54,940 nt of DNA from Clostridia bacterium (GTDB lineage Bacteria; Bacillota; Clostridia; Christensenellales; UBA1242), in the NCBI GenBank assembly GCA_017481235.1, contig JAFUPL010000050.1:1-54940 (forward strand), given 5' to 3'. The position numbers were made by a program, and so were the translations under genes. Below are positions 10,338-20,166 of this stretch, one piece after another. The number at the start of each line of letters is the position of its first letter. The first letter of the stretch is position 1. The notes beneath the pieces were generated by a model. It was given only the letters and a program-made list of their open reading frames with translations, searched no databases and was not told where the DNA came from.

Positions 10338-10369
10338 AAAACAAGACCTAAATAGGCCCTGTTTTTTAA

Positions 10370-10720
10370 TTACGCTTCAAAAGTTTCTTCAATTTCGTCT
10401 TCTTTAGGTTTAAGTTTTTTGTTAGCATTTCCTTTTTTTGCAATAAGTTTTTTATTATCATTACGTATAATGTTTGACACTTTTTCCACTGCATCACCTA
10501 CAGCCAAACCAACTTTTGTGTTTTTTGTAACAACAGGTTTTTTGATTCCTGAAATTTTACAATAAGCATCATTAGGACCATTATATCCCGCATCAATTAC
10601 TAACTTAATAGATTCAAAAGATTCAACAGTATCTAATCCCTTAATTGCTTTTTGAACTCCTTTATCGGTTTTCACACCTTCGTCAATACGACCAAATTCG
10701 TATCTTACTAATTTTTTCAT
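10370..10720 (-). CDS. Hypothetical protein, possible divergent HPF/RaiA-fold protein
   Basis: VQKAIKGLD and AVGDAVEKVSNIIRNDNKKL resemble the two HPF helices; GGGAGG RBS. Confidence 0.5.
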   Translation of the reverse strand: MKKLVRYEFGRIDEGVKTDKGVQKAIKGLDTVESFESIKLVIDAGYNGPNDAYCKISGIKKPVVTKNTKVGLAVGDAVEKVSNIIRNDNKKLIAKKGNANKKLKPKEDEIEETFEA

Positions 10721-10803
10721 AATTATATCCTCCCTTCTATACTTAATATATACTAAATTTTAATGGTTTTGTCAAATAAATTAATTATATTTTTTAAAAT
10801 TTA

Positions 10804-13275
10804 TTATTTAACTACAAAATTTAATTTATTATTTTTGCAATCTACCATAACAGTATTACCGTCTTTAATTTCGCCACGCAAGTACATATCGGCAAGTTCG
10901 TCCTCAATTGCATTGGTAATAAGTCTACGTAATGGTCTTGCGCCATAATCGGCATTTGTACCATTTTTAATCAAATACTTTAGCGTGCTAGCACTAAATT
11001 TAAGAGTAATATTTTTGTCCTTTAAATTTTTGTTAAGTTCGGCAAGCATATTTTTAGCAATTTCACTAACCACATCTTCTCCAAGTTTGTTAAACACAAC
11101 AATATTGTCAATACGGTTGATTAGTTCTGGACGGAAATACTTTTTAAGTTCATCTAATGCCACTTGTTTTAAGTCCATATCCGCTTGAGATTTGTCGCTA
11201 AATCCTAGTTCCATACGCTTGCTATTTAACTTGTCACTACCAACATTAGAATTAAGTACAATAATTGTATTTTTAAAACTTACCACACGACCATGACTAT
11301 CAGTTAACCTGCCATCTTCCAAGATTTGAAGCAACATATTAAATACATCTGGGTGTGCCTTTTCAATTTCGTCCAAAAGCACTACGCTATATGGTTTGCG
11401 ACGCACTTGCTCAGTTAATTGTCCGCCATCATCAAAACCAACATATCCTGGAGGAGAACCAATAAGTTTTGACACGCTATGTGCTTCCATATATTCACTC
11501 ATATCTAGCCTAATCATTTTGTCGTCGCTATCAAACAATGCGTTTGCAAGTGCTTTACAAAGTTCGGTTTTACCAACGCCCGTTGTACCTAGGAACAAAA
11601 AACTTCCAATCGGACGGCGTGCGTCACGCATACCAATACGACCGCGACGAATTGCCTTAGATACAACTTTGATTGCCTCATCTTGACCTTTAACACGTTC
11701 ACTTAAAGTAGTTTCCAATTTTAGCAATTTTTCACTTTCGCCTTCAGTTACTTTTGTAATAGGTATACCCGTCCACTTGCTAACCACTTCAGCAATCTCC
11801 TCTTCCCCAATCTCTGCTGGAGTTTCAGGTTGAGTGCTTGGTGAATTTTTAAGTTCTTCAAGTTGTTTTTTGATATCACTTATTTCGTCGCGAAGTTTAC
11901 TTGCTTTTTCAAAGTCTTCTTGAGTTACCGCATCTTCTTTGTTTGCGTTAAGTTGACTTAATTTGTCTTTTAATTCTTTTTCTTGTGTGCTTGAATAGTT
12001 GTTTTTAACTTTTGCCCTTGATGATGCTTCGTCAATTAGGTCAATTGCCTTATCTGGCAAACTTCTATCTAAAATATACTTGTCTGAAAGTTTAACCGCT
12101 GATACAATTGCCTCATCAGTGATTTTAACCTTATGAAACGCCTCGTAACTATCACGCAATCCTTTAAGAATAGTAATTGTATCATCTACACTAGGCGGAT
12201 TAACCATAATAGGTTGAAAACGACGCTCCAGTGCCTTGTCTTGTTCAATGTATTTGCGATATTCGTCGGTGGTAGTTGCTCCAATTGTTTGCATTTCGCC
12301 TCGTGCAAGATATGGTTTAATCATATCCGCTGGTGAAGTTTCGCCTTTGTCACTACCCGCTTGCGCAAGTGTGTGAATTTCATCAATAAATACTATTATA
12401 TTTTTACTGGTCATAATTGTTTCAATAGCATTTTTTAACTTTTCTTCCATGCTTCCGCGATACTTAGTGCCCGCCATAAGTCCACCAATATCAAGACTAT
12501 ATATTGTTTTGCCTTTTAAAATTTGAGGGACATCACCCGCTACAATTTTTTGCGCCAAACCTTCAACAATTGCCGATTTACCAACGCCCGCTTCACCAAT
12601 AAGTACTGGGTTGTTTTTGGTTTTACGGCACAAAATTTCAATCACACGTTCAATTTCGGCGTCACGTCCAATAATAGGGTCAATTTTACCTTGTTTTGCC
12701 CTTAATGTCACATCACTTCCCATTTGCAAAAGTTCGTCACTTAACTCACTAGTATGCACATCTGGAGTAGTTGCAAAATCCTCTTCTGCTTGTTTGTTAA
12801 TTTTTCCAACGCGAACAAATCCTTCGTCATTAAATCCATTTTGAGGTTGTTGCTTAGTTGATATAATGGCAAGCATTTTAGAACGCATTTCATACACGTT
12901 AAGTTTTAATGCTCCCGCCAAAATTTGAATAGCATAACTATCGTTTTGTGACAAAAGTGAAACTAGCATATGTTCGGTGCTAATATAGTTAGTGCCAGTG
13001 CGCTTTGCCACTTCATTTGAAATCACAAACAATTCTTTTGCCCTAGGCGAAAAGTCGCCAACACGTGCACCAAATCCGCTACCCATATTGTCAAGCACTT
13101 GCTCCATCACACTGGTTGTAACCTTATATGATTTTAATAATTTTGATGCTTGACAATCAACTTTAGTAAGTCCGTATAATATATGTTCTGTACCAATTGG
13201 ATTGCCATATTTACGTGCAACACTTTGCGCATACTGAATACTTTTGTTTGCTAAATCCGTTAAATTATATATCAT
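10804..13275 (-). CDS. clpC: ATP-dependent Clp protease ATPase ClpC
   Basis: Two Clp-N repeats (GTEH/STEH), Walker A GEAGVGKS and [11 protein letters not shown] middle domain, GARPLRR; downstream of ctsR-mcsA-mcsB. Confidence 0.95.
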   Translation of the reverse strand: MIYNLTDLANKSIQYAQSVARKYGNPIGTEHILYGLTKVDCQASKLLKSYKVTTSVMEQVLDNMGSGFGARVGDFSPRAKELFVISNEVAKRTGTNYISTEHMLVSLLSQNDSYAIQILAGALKLNVYEMRSKMLAIISTKQQPQNGFNDEGFVRVGKINKQAEEDFATTPDVHTSELSDELLQMGSDVTLRAKQGKIDPIIGRDAEIERVIEILCRKTKNNPVLIGEAGVGKSAIVEGLAQKIVAGDVPQILKGKTIYSLDIGGLMAGTKYRGSMEEKLKNAIETIMTSKNIIVFIDEIHTLAQAGSDKGETSPADMIKPYLARGEMQTIGATTTDEYRKYIEQDKALERRFQPIMVNPPSVDDTITILKGLRDSYEAFHKVKITDEAIVSAVKLSDKYILDRSLPDKAIDLIDEASSRAKVKNNYSSTQEKELKDKLSQLNANKEDAVTQEDFEKASKLRDEISDIKKQLEELKNSPSTQPETPAEIGEEEIAEVVSKWTGIPITKVTEGESEKLLKLETTLSERVKGQDEAIKVVSKAIRRGRIGMRDARRPIGSFLFLGTTGVGKTELCKALANALFDSDDKMIRLDMSEYMEAHSVSKLIGSPPGYVGFDDGGQLTEQVRRKPYSVVLLDEIEKAHPDVFNMLLQILEDGRLTDSHGRVVSFKNTIIVLNSNVGSDKLNSKRMELGFSDKSQADMDLKQVALDELKKYFRPELINRIDNIVVFNKLGEDVVSEIAKNMLAELNKNLKDKNITLKFSASTLKYLIKNGTNADYGARPLRRLITNAIEDELADMYLRGEIKDGNTVMVDCKNNKLNFVVK

Positions 13276-13453
13276 ATTTTCTCCTTTTTATTTTTTACAA
13301 ATTATTAAAATATAATTAATAAATTAATTAAATTATTTTAATAATATTTACAATTAAAACAATTAATAATTGTATTGTTTTTAATCTGTTTTATAGTTTT
13401 TTTTAATTTAAATTTAATTAATTTTATTTTTTTATTATTTTTTTACTAATTTT

Positions 13454-14362
13454 TTATTTGAATATTTTTTGTAATTCAGTTGCTAATTGCTTAAAATCAT
13501 TTTCATATAATTTCACGCAATTTAATGCCTGATTTATTTGATTGCTTGTCAACTGAGTTTCAATTCCAGCATTAAATCCAACTAAAATATCACCAAGCAA
13601 AACATATGCTTCACTTACGCTAATTTTTAAACAATTATTTAATATTGCTTTTGCTCTACGAAATTTGTCTTCAACATCGTCACTGTCGTTTGATAGTTTC
13701 TTAGCGGTTTCAATTTCAAGTTTTATAAGTTTGTCGATATATGTTTTTGTAAGTTCGCAAATTTGTTTTTCGGTGTATCCCAAGGTTGCCCTAGTTCTAA
13801 TTACACATAATCCACTTTGACGGTCTAAATATGTTAAATCAAAAACCAGTTTTTCATTAGCGTTTGGAAGTTTGTCCAATGCATAAATTTGTGCAAGGGA
13901 AGGCAATATTACTTTAGTTTCAATGCTCATTCCGCTTCCAATACTTTTGATATCTGGTGTTAAAAATCCATATTTATCATTATATGCAAAATGTAATTTA
14001 TTACACAACTTTTTATCTACTTCTTTTGCTTTTGAATACGCCTCATAAATATTGTGGTGCTTTGAAAATATTTCAATATGATTTTTATTATTGATTTGAA
14101 CGGTTACATCATTGTCATGCGCACATCCTTGATTAGAACTCGCATACACAAAATCATGCTCAAGCATATCACTTGCTATCAAGTTGCCAACCACCTTTTT
14201 GCTCATTTCACTTAAAGGTACACACTTTAATCCACAAGCATTAGTCGCATTAAGGCATAGTTTTAATATTTCTTTTTGTTGTTCATCATAAATATTTGTT
14301 TCAAACTTACAATCTTTTAAGTTTCTTACAAACTTAACTTTTGAATATATTATATTACTCAC
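13454..14362 (-). CDS. mcsB: McsB-like protein arginine kinase homolog with degenerate catalytic motifs
   Basis: Operon position; SKVKFVRNL, FAYNDKYGFLT and TLGYTE match the McsB fold; the NEEDH and CPTN motifs are replaced. Confidence 0.75.
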   Translation of the reverse strand: MSNIIYSKVKFVRNLKDCKFETNIYDEQQKEILKLCLNATNACGLKCVPLSEMSKKVVGNLIASDMLEHDFVYASSNQGCAHDNDVTVQINNKNHIEIFSKHHNIYEAYSKAKEVDKKLCNKLHFAYNDKYGFLTPDIKSIGSGMSIETKVILPSLAQIYALDKLPNANEKLVFDLTYLDRQSGLCVIRTRATLGYTEKQICELTKTYIDKLIKLEIETAKKLSNDSDDVEDKFRRAKAILNNCLKISVSEAYVLLGDILVGFNAGIETQLTSNQINQALNCVKLYENDFKQLATELQKIFK

Positions 14363-14858
14363 CTTGCAACTCCTTAGTCAACTTTTTAATTTCTTTGTTG
14401 ATTACACCCGCGTCTTCATAACGTTCTTCTTTAATTGCTTTTTGCAAGTCCGCTTTTAAATTGGTCAGTTTTTGCTCTTTTGTAAGTGCTTTCTTTTGGT
14501 TTCCAACTTTAAATTCAATATTGTCAATTTTGTTTTCAGTGTATGGTTGAATACGTTTTACAATGTCCTCAATTTCTTCCTCAAATGTATTATAGCACTC
14601 ATCACAACCAAGTTCGCCCAACTTTTTAAATTGACTTAAACTCCAATTACATTTAGGACAAAATTTGTCGTCAAAATCATCAAATCCTAAAAAGTTAGTA
14701 AGACTTCTAAATTCATCAAAAATAGAATTGTAGGTTTTATTTAATACTCCCTCTTTTGTTGCACATTCTTCACATAGATGAGTAGATTTAACCTCACCAT
14801 TTATTACAAGCGTAGAATGATAACACGCTTCATGTTTTTTACATTTATCACACAACAT
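14355..14858 (-). CDS. mcsA: McsA arginine kinase activator
   Basis: Four CxxC motifs and a C-terminal UVR domain (AIKEERYEDA). Confidence 0.9.
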   Translation of the reverse strand: MLCDKCKKHEACYHSTLVINGEVKSTHLCEECATKEGVLNKTYNSIFDEFRSLTNFLGFDDFDDKFCPKCNWSLSQFKKLGELGCDECYNTFEEEIEDIVKRIQPYTENKIDNIEFKVGNQKKALTKEQKLTNLKADLQKAIKEERYEDAGVINKEIKKLTKELQGE

Positions 14859-14860
14859 AA

Positions 14861-15313
14861 TTAACTCCTTTTCATTATCTCTATTATAATCTCTTTTAGT
14901 ATATTTGCTCTTAGCATTTCTTCCATATTAAGCGGATTATTCAGTGCTTTTGTCGAAAGTGCTCGTTTTAATATTTGATTTTCACTTATAGTTAGCATTT
15001 TTCTTGATAGCAGATTATCTAATATTTGACCACCATCAGTTTCAGTCAATGGTTGCGAACACAGATTTATCAAATTTTGCAAATTAGCATTATTATTGCT
15101 TAATCTAGTTACTTTAATAAATCCTGCCCCTCCTCGCACGCTTTCAATAACGTAACCATTATTGACCGTAAATCTAGTGTTAAGCACATAATTAATTTGA
15201 CTAGGCGCACATGCAAAAAACTTTGCCAAATCATTACGACTAAGTTCAATAAAACTATCTTGCGCCAATGTCTTTAGTATAAATTGCTCAATTATGTCAC
15301 TTCTACTTGCCAT
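14861..15313 (-). CDS. ctsR: CtsR class III heat-shock repressor
   Basis: SDIIEQFI, CAPSQINYVLNTRF, ESVRGGAGFIKV; start re-called at ATG 15313 (GGGAGG RBS). Confidence 0.92.
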   Translation of the reverse strand: MASRSDIIEQFILKTLAQDSFIELSRNDLAKFFACAPSQINYVLNTRFTVNNGYVIESVRGGAGFIKVTRLSNNNANLQNLINLCSQPLTETDGGQILDNLLSRKMLTISENQILKRALSTKALNNPLNMEEMLRANILKEIIIEIMKRS

Positions 15314-15403
15314 ATATTTACCCTCCCAATTAAATTTTGTCACACCGACCAAGTGTTACTAACACGAGCGGTGTGTATCTCACTCAATATTAAAGGTTTC
15401 AAG

Positions 15404-15458
15404 TTTGACTTTCTTTGACCTTTAATACTATTATAATACCCAAATTTTCGTTTGTCAA
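15404..15458 (-). promoter_or_regulatory. Sigma-A promoter and CtsR box of the ctsR operon
   Basis: Minus strand TTGACA-17nt-TATAAT (15458..15430), followed by GGTCAAA-GAA-AGTCAAA heptad repeat (15420..15404) matching the CtsR operator consensus. Confidence 0.9.
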
Positions 15459-15538
15459 CCAATTTTGCCAAAAATTTTTAAAATTTTTTTATACACAAAA
15501 AACCCGTCCTTATAAAGAACGAGTTTTTATTGATTTAA

Positions 15539-16024
15539 TTAAAATATGGCTTTAAATATCATCCCCGCCACTATATAACTTAATAATAGTGCCGTCACAA
15601 GAATTTCAATGGAAATAATAACTTTCAGATACCATTTATCAATTTGACGCACTATCATAGCGTTTGTAAATGCCAGTCCTCCACCTATTCCGCCTACAAA
15701 TGCACCAGCAATTACACTTTTATTTATAATCCCAAATGTTAAGCACGCTACAAGGATTGATAATGATAAAACAATTTCGTACCATGTTAACTTTCGTGCG
15801 ACTTCAATGGTTTGACCAAAAGCATTAATAGTAATGCCTATTAACTGATTGCCCTTAATGGTAAACTTCTCTACCACATCATCTTTTTTATATTCATAAA
15901 CACTACGTTTAATTTTGGTTAAAATTACTCCATCATATACAATTGTACGTTTACCCGTCCAAAAACTCTCTTCAAACTCCAATACCTTATTATTGGTTTG
16001 TTCATTATTAATTGTAACTTTCAT
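15539..16024 (-). CDS. Hypothetical membrane protein (beta-rich N-terminal domain plus 3 TM)
   Basis: Starts 9 nt after the stop of 16034..19471, AGGAG RBS; three hydrophobic C-terminal helices. Confidence 0.75.
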   Translation of the reverse strand: MKVTINNEQTNNKVLEFEESFWTGKRTIVYDGVILTKIKRSVYEYKKDDVVEKFTIKGNQLIGITINAFGQTIEVARKLTWYEIVLSLSILVACLTFGIINKSVIAGAFVGGIGGGLAFTNAMIVRQIDKWYLKVIISIEILVTALLLSYIVAGMIFKAIF

Positions 16025-16033
16025 ACTTTTCTC

Positions 16034-19000
16034 CTAATATTCCCAAACAGCAACATTGCCATCATTATCATAATACCAGTAATTACCCGCATCTTCAGGT
16101 TTCTCACTAGAAAAATAATACACTCTAGCATTTATAGTACATTCAAGTTCAATAGCCTCAAATTGTTCCTGTGTTCCATTATAATAAATATTTTCCAAAC
16201 TGTCACAACCTTCAAAAACTTCTTCACCTATAATTTGGATACCCGAGCCCAACACCAAAGTAGTTAAATTAGTACAATTTTTAAAATTATAATTACGTAT
16301 AGTGGTTATAAGATTCGATTTCATAATAACAGTTTTTAAAGAGGTGCAACCATAAAAACTTCTATAGGTCATCTGTTCCACTTTTTCAGGAATAACCACC
16401 TCCTCTAATGACGAGCAATATTCAAACACTCCTAATCTGCCTTCATAACCAAATATTTTAAGATTGGTTGGCAATGTAACTCTTTTCAAGTTAGTACAAT
16501 TATAAAACGTTTGGTCTAAGGCGGTAACTTTATCTGGGATATCAATTTCCTTAAGTGCCGTACAATTATAAAAAGCATGATAACCTATTTCTTCCAAACT
16601 ATCTGGCAATACAACACTTTCTAGGTTTGTACATTCATAAAAACATTTTTCACCCATAGATTTTAAATTATTGGATAATTTTACATATTTAACAGAAGAC
16701 CCCATAAATATTTGATATCCCATTACAGTAACACTATCTGATATATATACATTTTCTATATTAGTATTAAAGAAAAATGTACTTCCATATAATTTTGTAA
16801 TATTATTTGGCACATACACGTTTTTATCTGTGCCAATATATTTATCTGCTATTTTATTTCCTCCTTCCCAGGAATAATATGTAAAATCATCTTTTGTATA
16901 ATATGCATTGATATACACATTAAAATCCATAGGCGTTGTTAAACTATAAGTAGTTTTATCTTCCCCATTTATAATAAGTTTAGTACATTCAACATCCGAG
17001 TACATATTATTATCAAAATAATAACAACCGCTTGGATTATAATAAGTTATGTTATATGGGAATTTTTCTCTTATTATTTCCTCACTTTTTAACACCTTGT
17101 TGTTTTTGTCTTTATAAGTAATTCTAAACTTTTCACTATTCCAATTAGGTCTAAGTATAAGATTTTCATAATTAGCTGTTGGAACGCTCCACATTATATC
17201 ATTATCTTGGTTTATCCACCCAAAAAAACCAGTATCTTCCTTAAAAGGTATTGGCAATTCATAAGGTTCCATTGCGTATGTATATTCTGTAATATACCTT
17301 TCGTCAGTTTCAATCCCTTCCATGTTATAAGTTATTGTATAGGTTATTGGTTTCCAATTAGATACAAAGTGTAAATCTCCAATTGAACCAGACGGAATTG
17401 TGACTGTTAGTTTAGGTGTTAAAATATCTGCACTAGTCCAACCTATAAATTCAAAATGCTTTGCCGATACATTAGGCAAATTAAAATCATCATCTTCAGA
17501 TTTATAAAATGCTTTTTCGCTTTCAAAAATAGGTTGTACATATTCATTATTTGTGCTATAACTAATAGTATAATCCCCTCGCTCCCAAACAGCCTCTAAA
17601 TGTAAAAGTCCATAACTAAATTGTTTAACTTGAGTAATTATTGTTTGCGTATTTAGTTTCCAACCTACAAACGTATAATGCTCTCTAGTTGGTATTGGCA
17701 ATGTAAATGTTGGGGTTTCATAAGTATATTCATTAATATAAGTGCCATTATTAATAGCATTACTTAGGCTTCCTAAATATTCATATGTTATTTTATAAGT
17801 TTGTAGTTCCCAATGAGCAACAAAATACTTTTCGCCGTAAGAATATTTAGGAATTACAACATTTAGTGTTGGCTTGGTTATTCCCTCTCCTGTCCAACCT
17901 ATAAATTTATATACATTATTATTACAAGTTATATTTGGTAAATCGAACTCCTCATAATATGTATAATAATATTTCATCTCTCGATTTCCTAGTGGAACAA
18001 GTTCATTGCTAGATGTATATGTAATTGTATATTTTACTGCTTGCCAATAAGCTTTTACTTCAACAACACCATTGTTGGTGGTTGTTAAATTCTTAAACTT
18101 GGTGGTGTTAGGATAGTAAACAACACTCGTTGTCGTCATAAGCCAATATTTAAAATTGTAGTGTGCGTAAGTAAATGTATTGTCGGGAAGAGTATATTCC
18201 TTGCCATACTCACATATCATATTTGACATAAAACCATTTCCGCCATTTGAGTTAAATCTAACAATATATGTATTTGCCTTCCATTTTGCATACAATGTTG
18301 TATTTACTTTTATCCCTTGATTAAAATCAAAAGGAATTGTACAATTTGAGTCAATATACCAACCTTCAAATTGATAACCTGTTTTAGTTATAGTTTTTGC
18401 TGAAACCTTTGCATTATATGCTATTGATGATGTAGCATACACTTCACCATCGCTCATAAAAGTTACAGTATGATTACCATGCTTTTCAGCAAGTTGAGCA
18501 AGCGTTCCATTAAAATCTCGTTTAACACTCTTAATTTTATTAATAGGTATTGCTAAATTCATATAATTAGTCGCAACACCATTTATCGTTATTTGTCCGG
18601 ATGTAATGCCTATAACCTCGCCCCTATTATTTACTAGTACTCCACCACTATTGCCATTGGTAATATCAGCGGTAGTTTGAATATATGTATTACCTTCGAT
18701 AGTATACGCTTTTTTTGATACAATGCCTTGTGTTAAAGTGCTATCCATACTGCCCAATGCATATGCTTGCGGATAACCTATTGCATAAACCGTTTCACCA
18801 ACTTTAACTTTATTGCTATTACCCAATCTCACGGGTTTTGATTTCTTAATATCAATTTGGATAATTGCAATATCTAAATCCTCATCATATCCAACAACTT
18901 TTTTTATATTATAAATTTTACCATTATTTAATTGAACTTTGCCACTAGTGCATTTTTTAATCACATGATAATTTGTAACCGCTAAACCTTTATCATTTAT

Positions 19001-19471
19001 GAAAAATCCTGTACCAGTTTGAATTGTATTAGAATATTCTGCCTTAATACAAAAAACTGATGGGTCCACCATTTTATATATTTGACTACTAGAATATTTA
19101 ATAGGTACAAGTGCTACAATTAATGATAGTAATAATACAATACACCCAAGTCCCGCCACCAAATACCAAGGTTTTAACTTTACAAACTTGGTAAATTCAA
19201 ATTTAGGTTTGGTATTAGATATGGTATTGTTTGTAATATTAGAGTTGGTATTATATATTTTATCTGGATTATTTGCCATATCAAAAAATTCAGATACTGT
19301 TATATTAAAAATATCCGCCAATTTTTCAATGGTAACCAAATCTGGTTCTGACAAATCATTCTCCCATTTAGACACCGCTTGATATGAAATATTAAGTTTT
19401 TCCCCTAATTGCGCTTGTGTTAAGTTATTCTTTTTTCTTAACTTGGCAATCAAACTTCCATATTTTTTCAA
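16034..19471 (-). CDS. XRE-HTH / TM / trypsin-like S1 protease / InlB-B (Listeria-Bacteroides) repeats / BspA-type LRR fusion
   Basis: LTQAQLGEKLNISYQAVSKWEND (HTH_3); TM WYLVAGLGCIVLLLSLIVALV; triad TNYHV/DIAII/GNSGG; repeated GYxFxGW...LYAKW; LRR_5 repeats LPDSLEEIGYHAFYNC; TTG start with GGAGG RBS. Confidence 0.85.
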   Translation of the reverse strand: MKKYGSLIAKLRKKNNLTQAQLGEKLNISYQAVSKWENDLSEPDLVTIEKLADIFNITVSEFFDMANNPDKIYNTNSNITNNTISNTKPKFEFTKFVKLKPWYLVAGLGCIVLLLSLIVALVPIKYSSSQIYKMVDPSVFCIKAEYSNTIQTGTGFFINDKGLAVTNYHVIKKCTSGKVQLNNGKIYNIKKVVGYDEDLDIAIIQIDIKKSKPVRLGNSNKVKVGETVYAIGYPQAYALGSMDSTLTQGIVSKKAYTIEGNTYIQTTADITNGNSGGVLVNNRGEVIGITSGQITINGVATNYMNLAIPINKIKSVKRDFNGTLAQLAEKHGNHTVTFMSDGEVYATSSIAYNAKVSAKTITKTGYQFEGWYIDSNCTIPFDFNQGIKVNTTLYAKWKANTYIVRFNSNGGNGFMSNMICEYGKEYTLPDNTFTYAHYNFKYWLMTTTSVVYYPNTTKFKNLTTTNNGVVEVKAYWQAVKYTITYTSSNELVPLGNREMKYYYTYYEEFDLPNITCNNNVYKFIGWTGEGITKPTLNVVIPKYSYGEKYFVAHWELQTYKITYEYLGSLSNAINNGTYINEYTYETPTFTLPIPTREHYTFVGWKLNTQTIITQVKQFSYGLLHLEAVWERGDYTISYSTNNEYVQPIFESEKAFYKSEDDDFNLPNVSAKHFEFIGWTSADILTPKLTVTIPSGSIGDLHFVSNWKPITYTITYNMEGIETDERYITEYTYAMEPYELPIPFKEDTGFFGWINQDNDIMWSVPTANYENLILRPNWNSEKFRITYKDKNNKVLKSEEIIREKFPYNITYYNPSGCYYFDNNMYSDVECTKLIINGEDKTTYSLTTPMDFNVYINAYYTKDDFTYYSWEGGNKIADKYIGTDKNVYVPNNITKLYGSTFFFNTNIENVYISDSVTVMGYQIFMGSSVKYVKLSNNLKSMGEKCFYECTNLESVVLPDSLEEIGYHAFYNCTALKEIDIPDKVTALDQTFYNCTNLKRVTLPTNLKIFGYEGRLGVFEYCSSLEEVVIPEKVEQMTYRSFYGCTSLKTVIMKSNLITTIRNYNFKNCTNLTTLVLGSGIQIIGEEVFEGCDSLENIYYNGTQEQFEAIELECTINARVYYFSSEKPEDAGNYWYYDNDGNVAVWEY

Positions 19472-19506
19472 AGATATTTTCCTCCGCTTGTTTTGTTTTC
19501 AAGTTT

Positions 19507-19561
19507 ATTATATCACACGCATATTAAAAATAGCAATATTTTGCACTCAACTTTTGGTTGA
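19507..19561 (-). promoter_or_regulatory. Promoter and palindromic operator-like site upstream of the HTH-protease-LRR gene
   Basis: TTGCTA-18nt-TGnTATAAT; inverted repeat TCAAC-TTTTG-GTTGA at 19547-19561, just upstream of the -35. Confidence 0.5.
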
Positions 19562-19642
19562 ATTACTTTATTTTTAGTGGAATTTAACACATTGTTGCAT
19601 ATAATATTTTAAAATTGTATTTATAATATAATAAACTCAATA

Positions 19643-20080
19643 CTAACAAGTCATTTCGCTAGTGTTAATCAAATTTTGTGCCCAATTATAATAATCTCTT
19701 TCTATCAGTTCTTTCTCCTTATTTGAAGCAATAGAATATTTGCTTACATATTCGTTTAAAATTTGACCTTCCTTAGTTTCAAATTTATAATCTTTAAGAT
19801 ATGATATTATTCTAACAATATTTTCTAATTTATTAATATAGTCTTCTTCATTATTTTTTAATGCGCTATATCCGTTTAGCATTATCCCGCGTAAATATTC
19901 TGCCTCATCTACAACGTTAGAACTAATCACCACATTTGCAGCATGATGTTTGGCTGCTGGAAAATTTTTTGCTTTTTTAATTGCCTTAAAATACGAATCG
20001 GCATTTACAAATACTGTCAATTCTTGTTCTTTTCCGCCACCACCATGTCCCGCTCTTAGTATAAATTTATAAAATAACAT
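19643..20080 (-). CDS. Hypothetical protein with GH...KHH motifs
   Basis: Start re-called at ATG 20080 (AGGAG RBS); RAGHGGGGK and PAAKHH motifs. Confidence 0.65.
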   Translation of the reverse strand: MLFYKFILRAGHGGGGKEQELTVFVNADSYFKAIKKAKNFPAAKHHAANVVISSNVVDEAEYLRGIMLNGYSALKNNEEDYINKLENIVRIISYLKDYKFETKEGQILNEYVSKYSIASNKEKELIERDYYNWAQNLINTSEMTC

Positions 20081-20166
20081 ATTTACTCTCCTAATCATAT
20101 TGTATCACATTGTATAAAAAAAATCAAGTGTTGCCACTCAATTTTAATATATTGGCGCAGTTTAAT

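Noticed and set aside
13280-13452. Extremely AT-rich spacer between mcsB and clpC as a possible origin or DNA-unwinding element
   Set aside because: No DnaA boxes (TTATCCACA) or iterons seen; similar AT-rich spacers occur elsewhere in the window.
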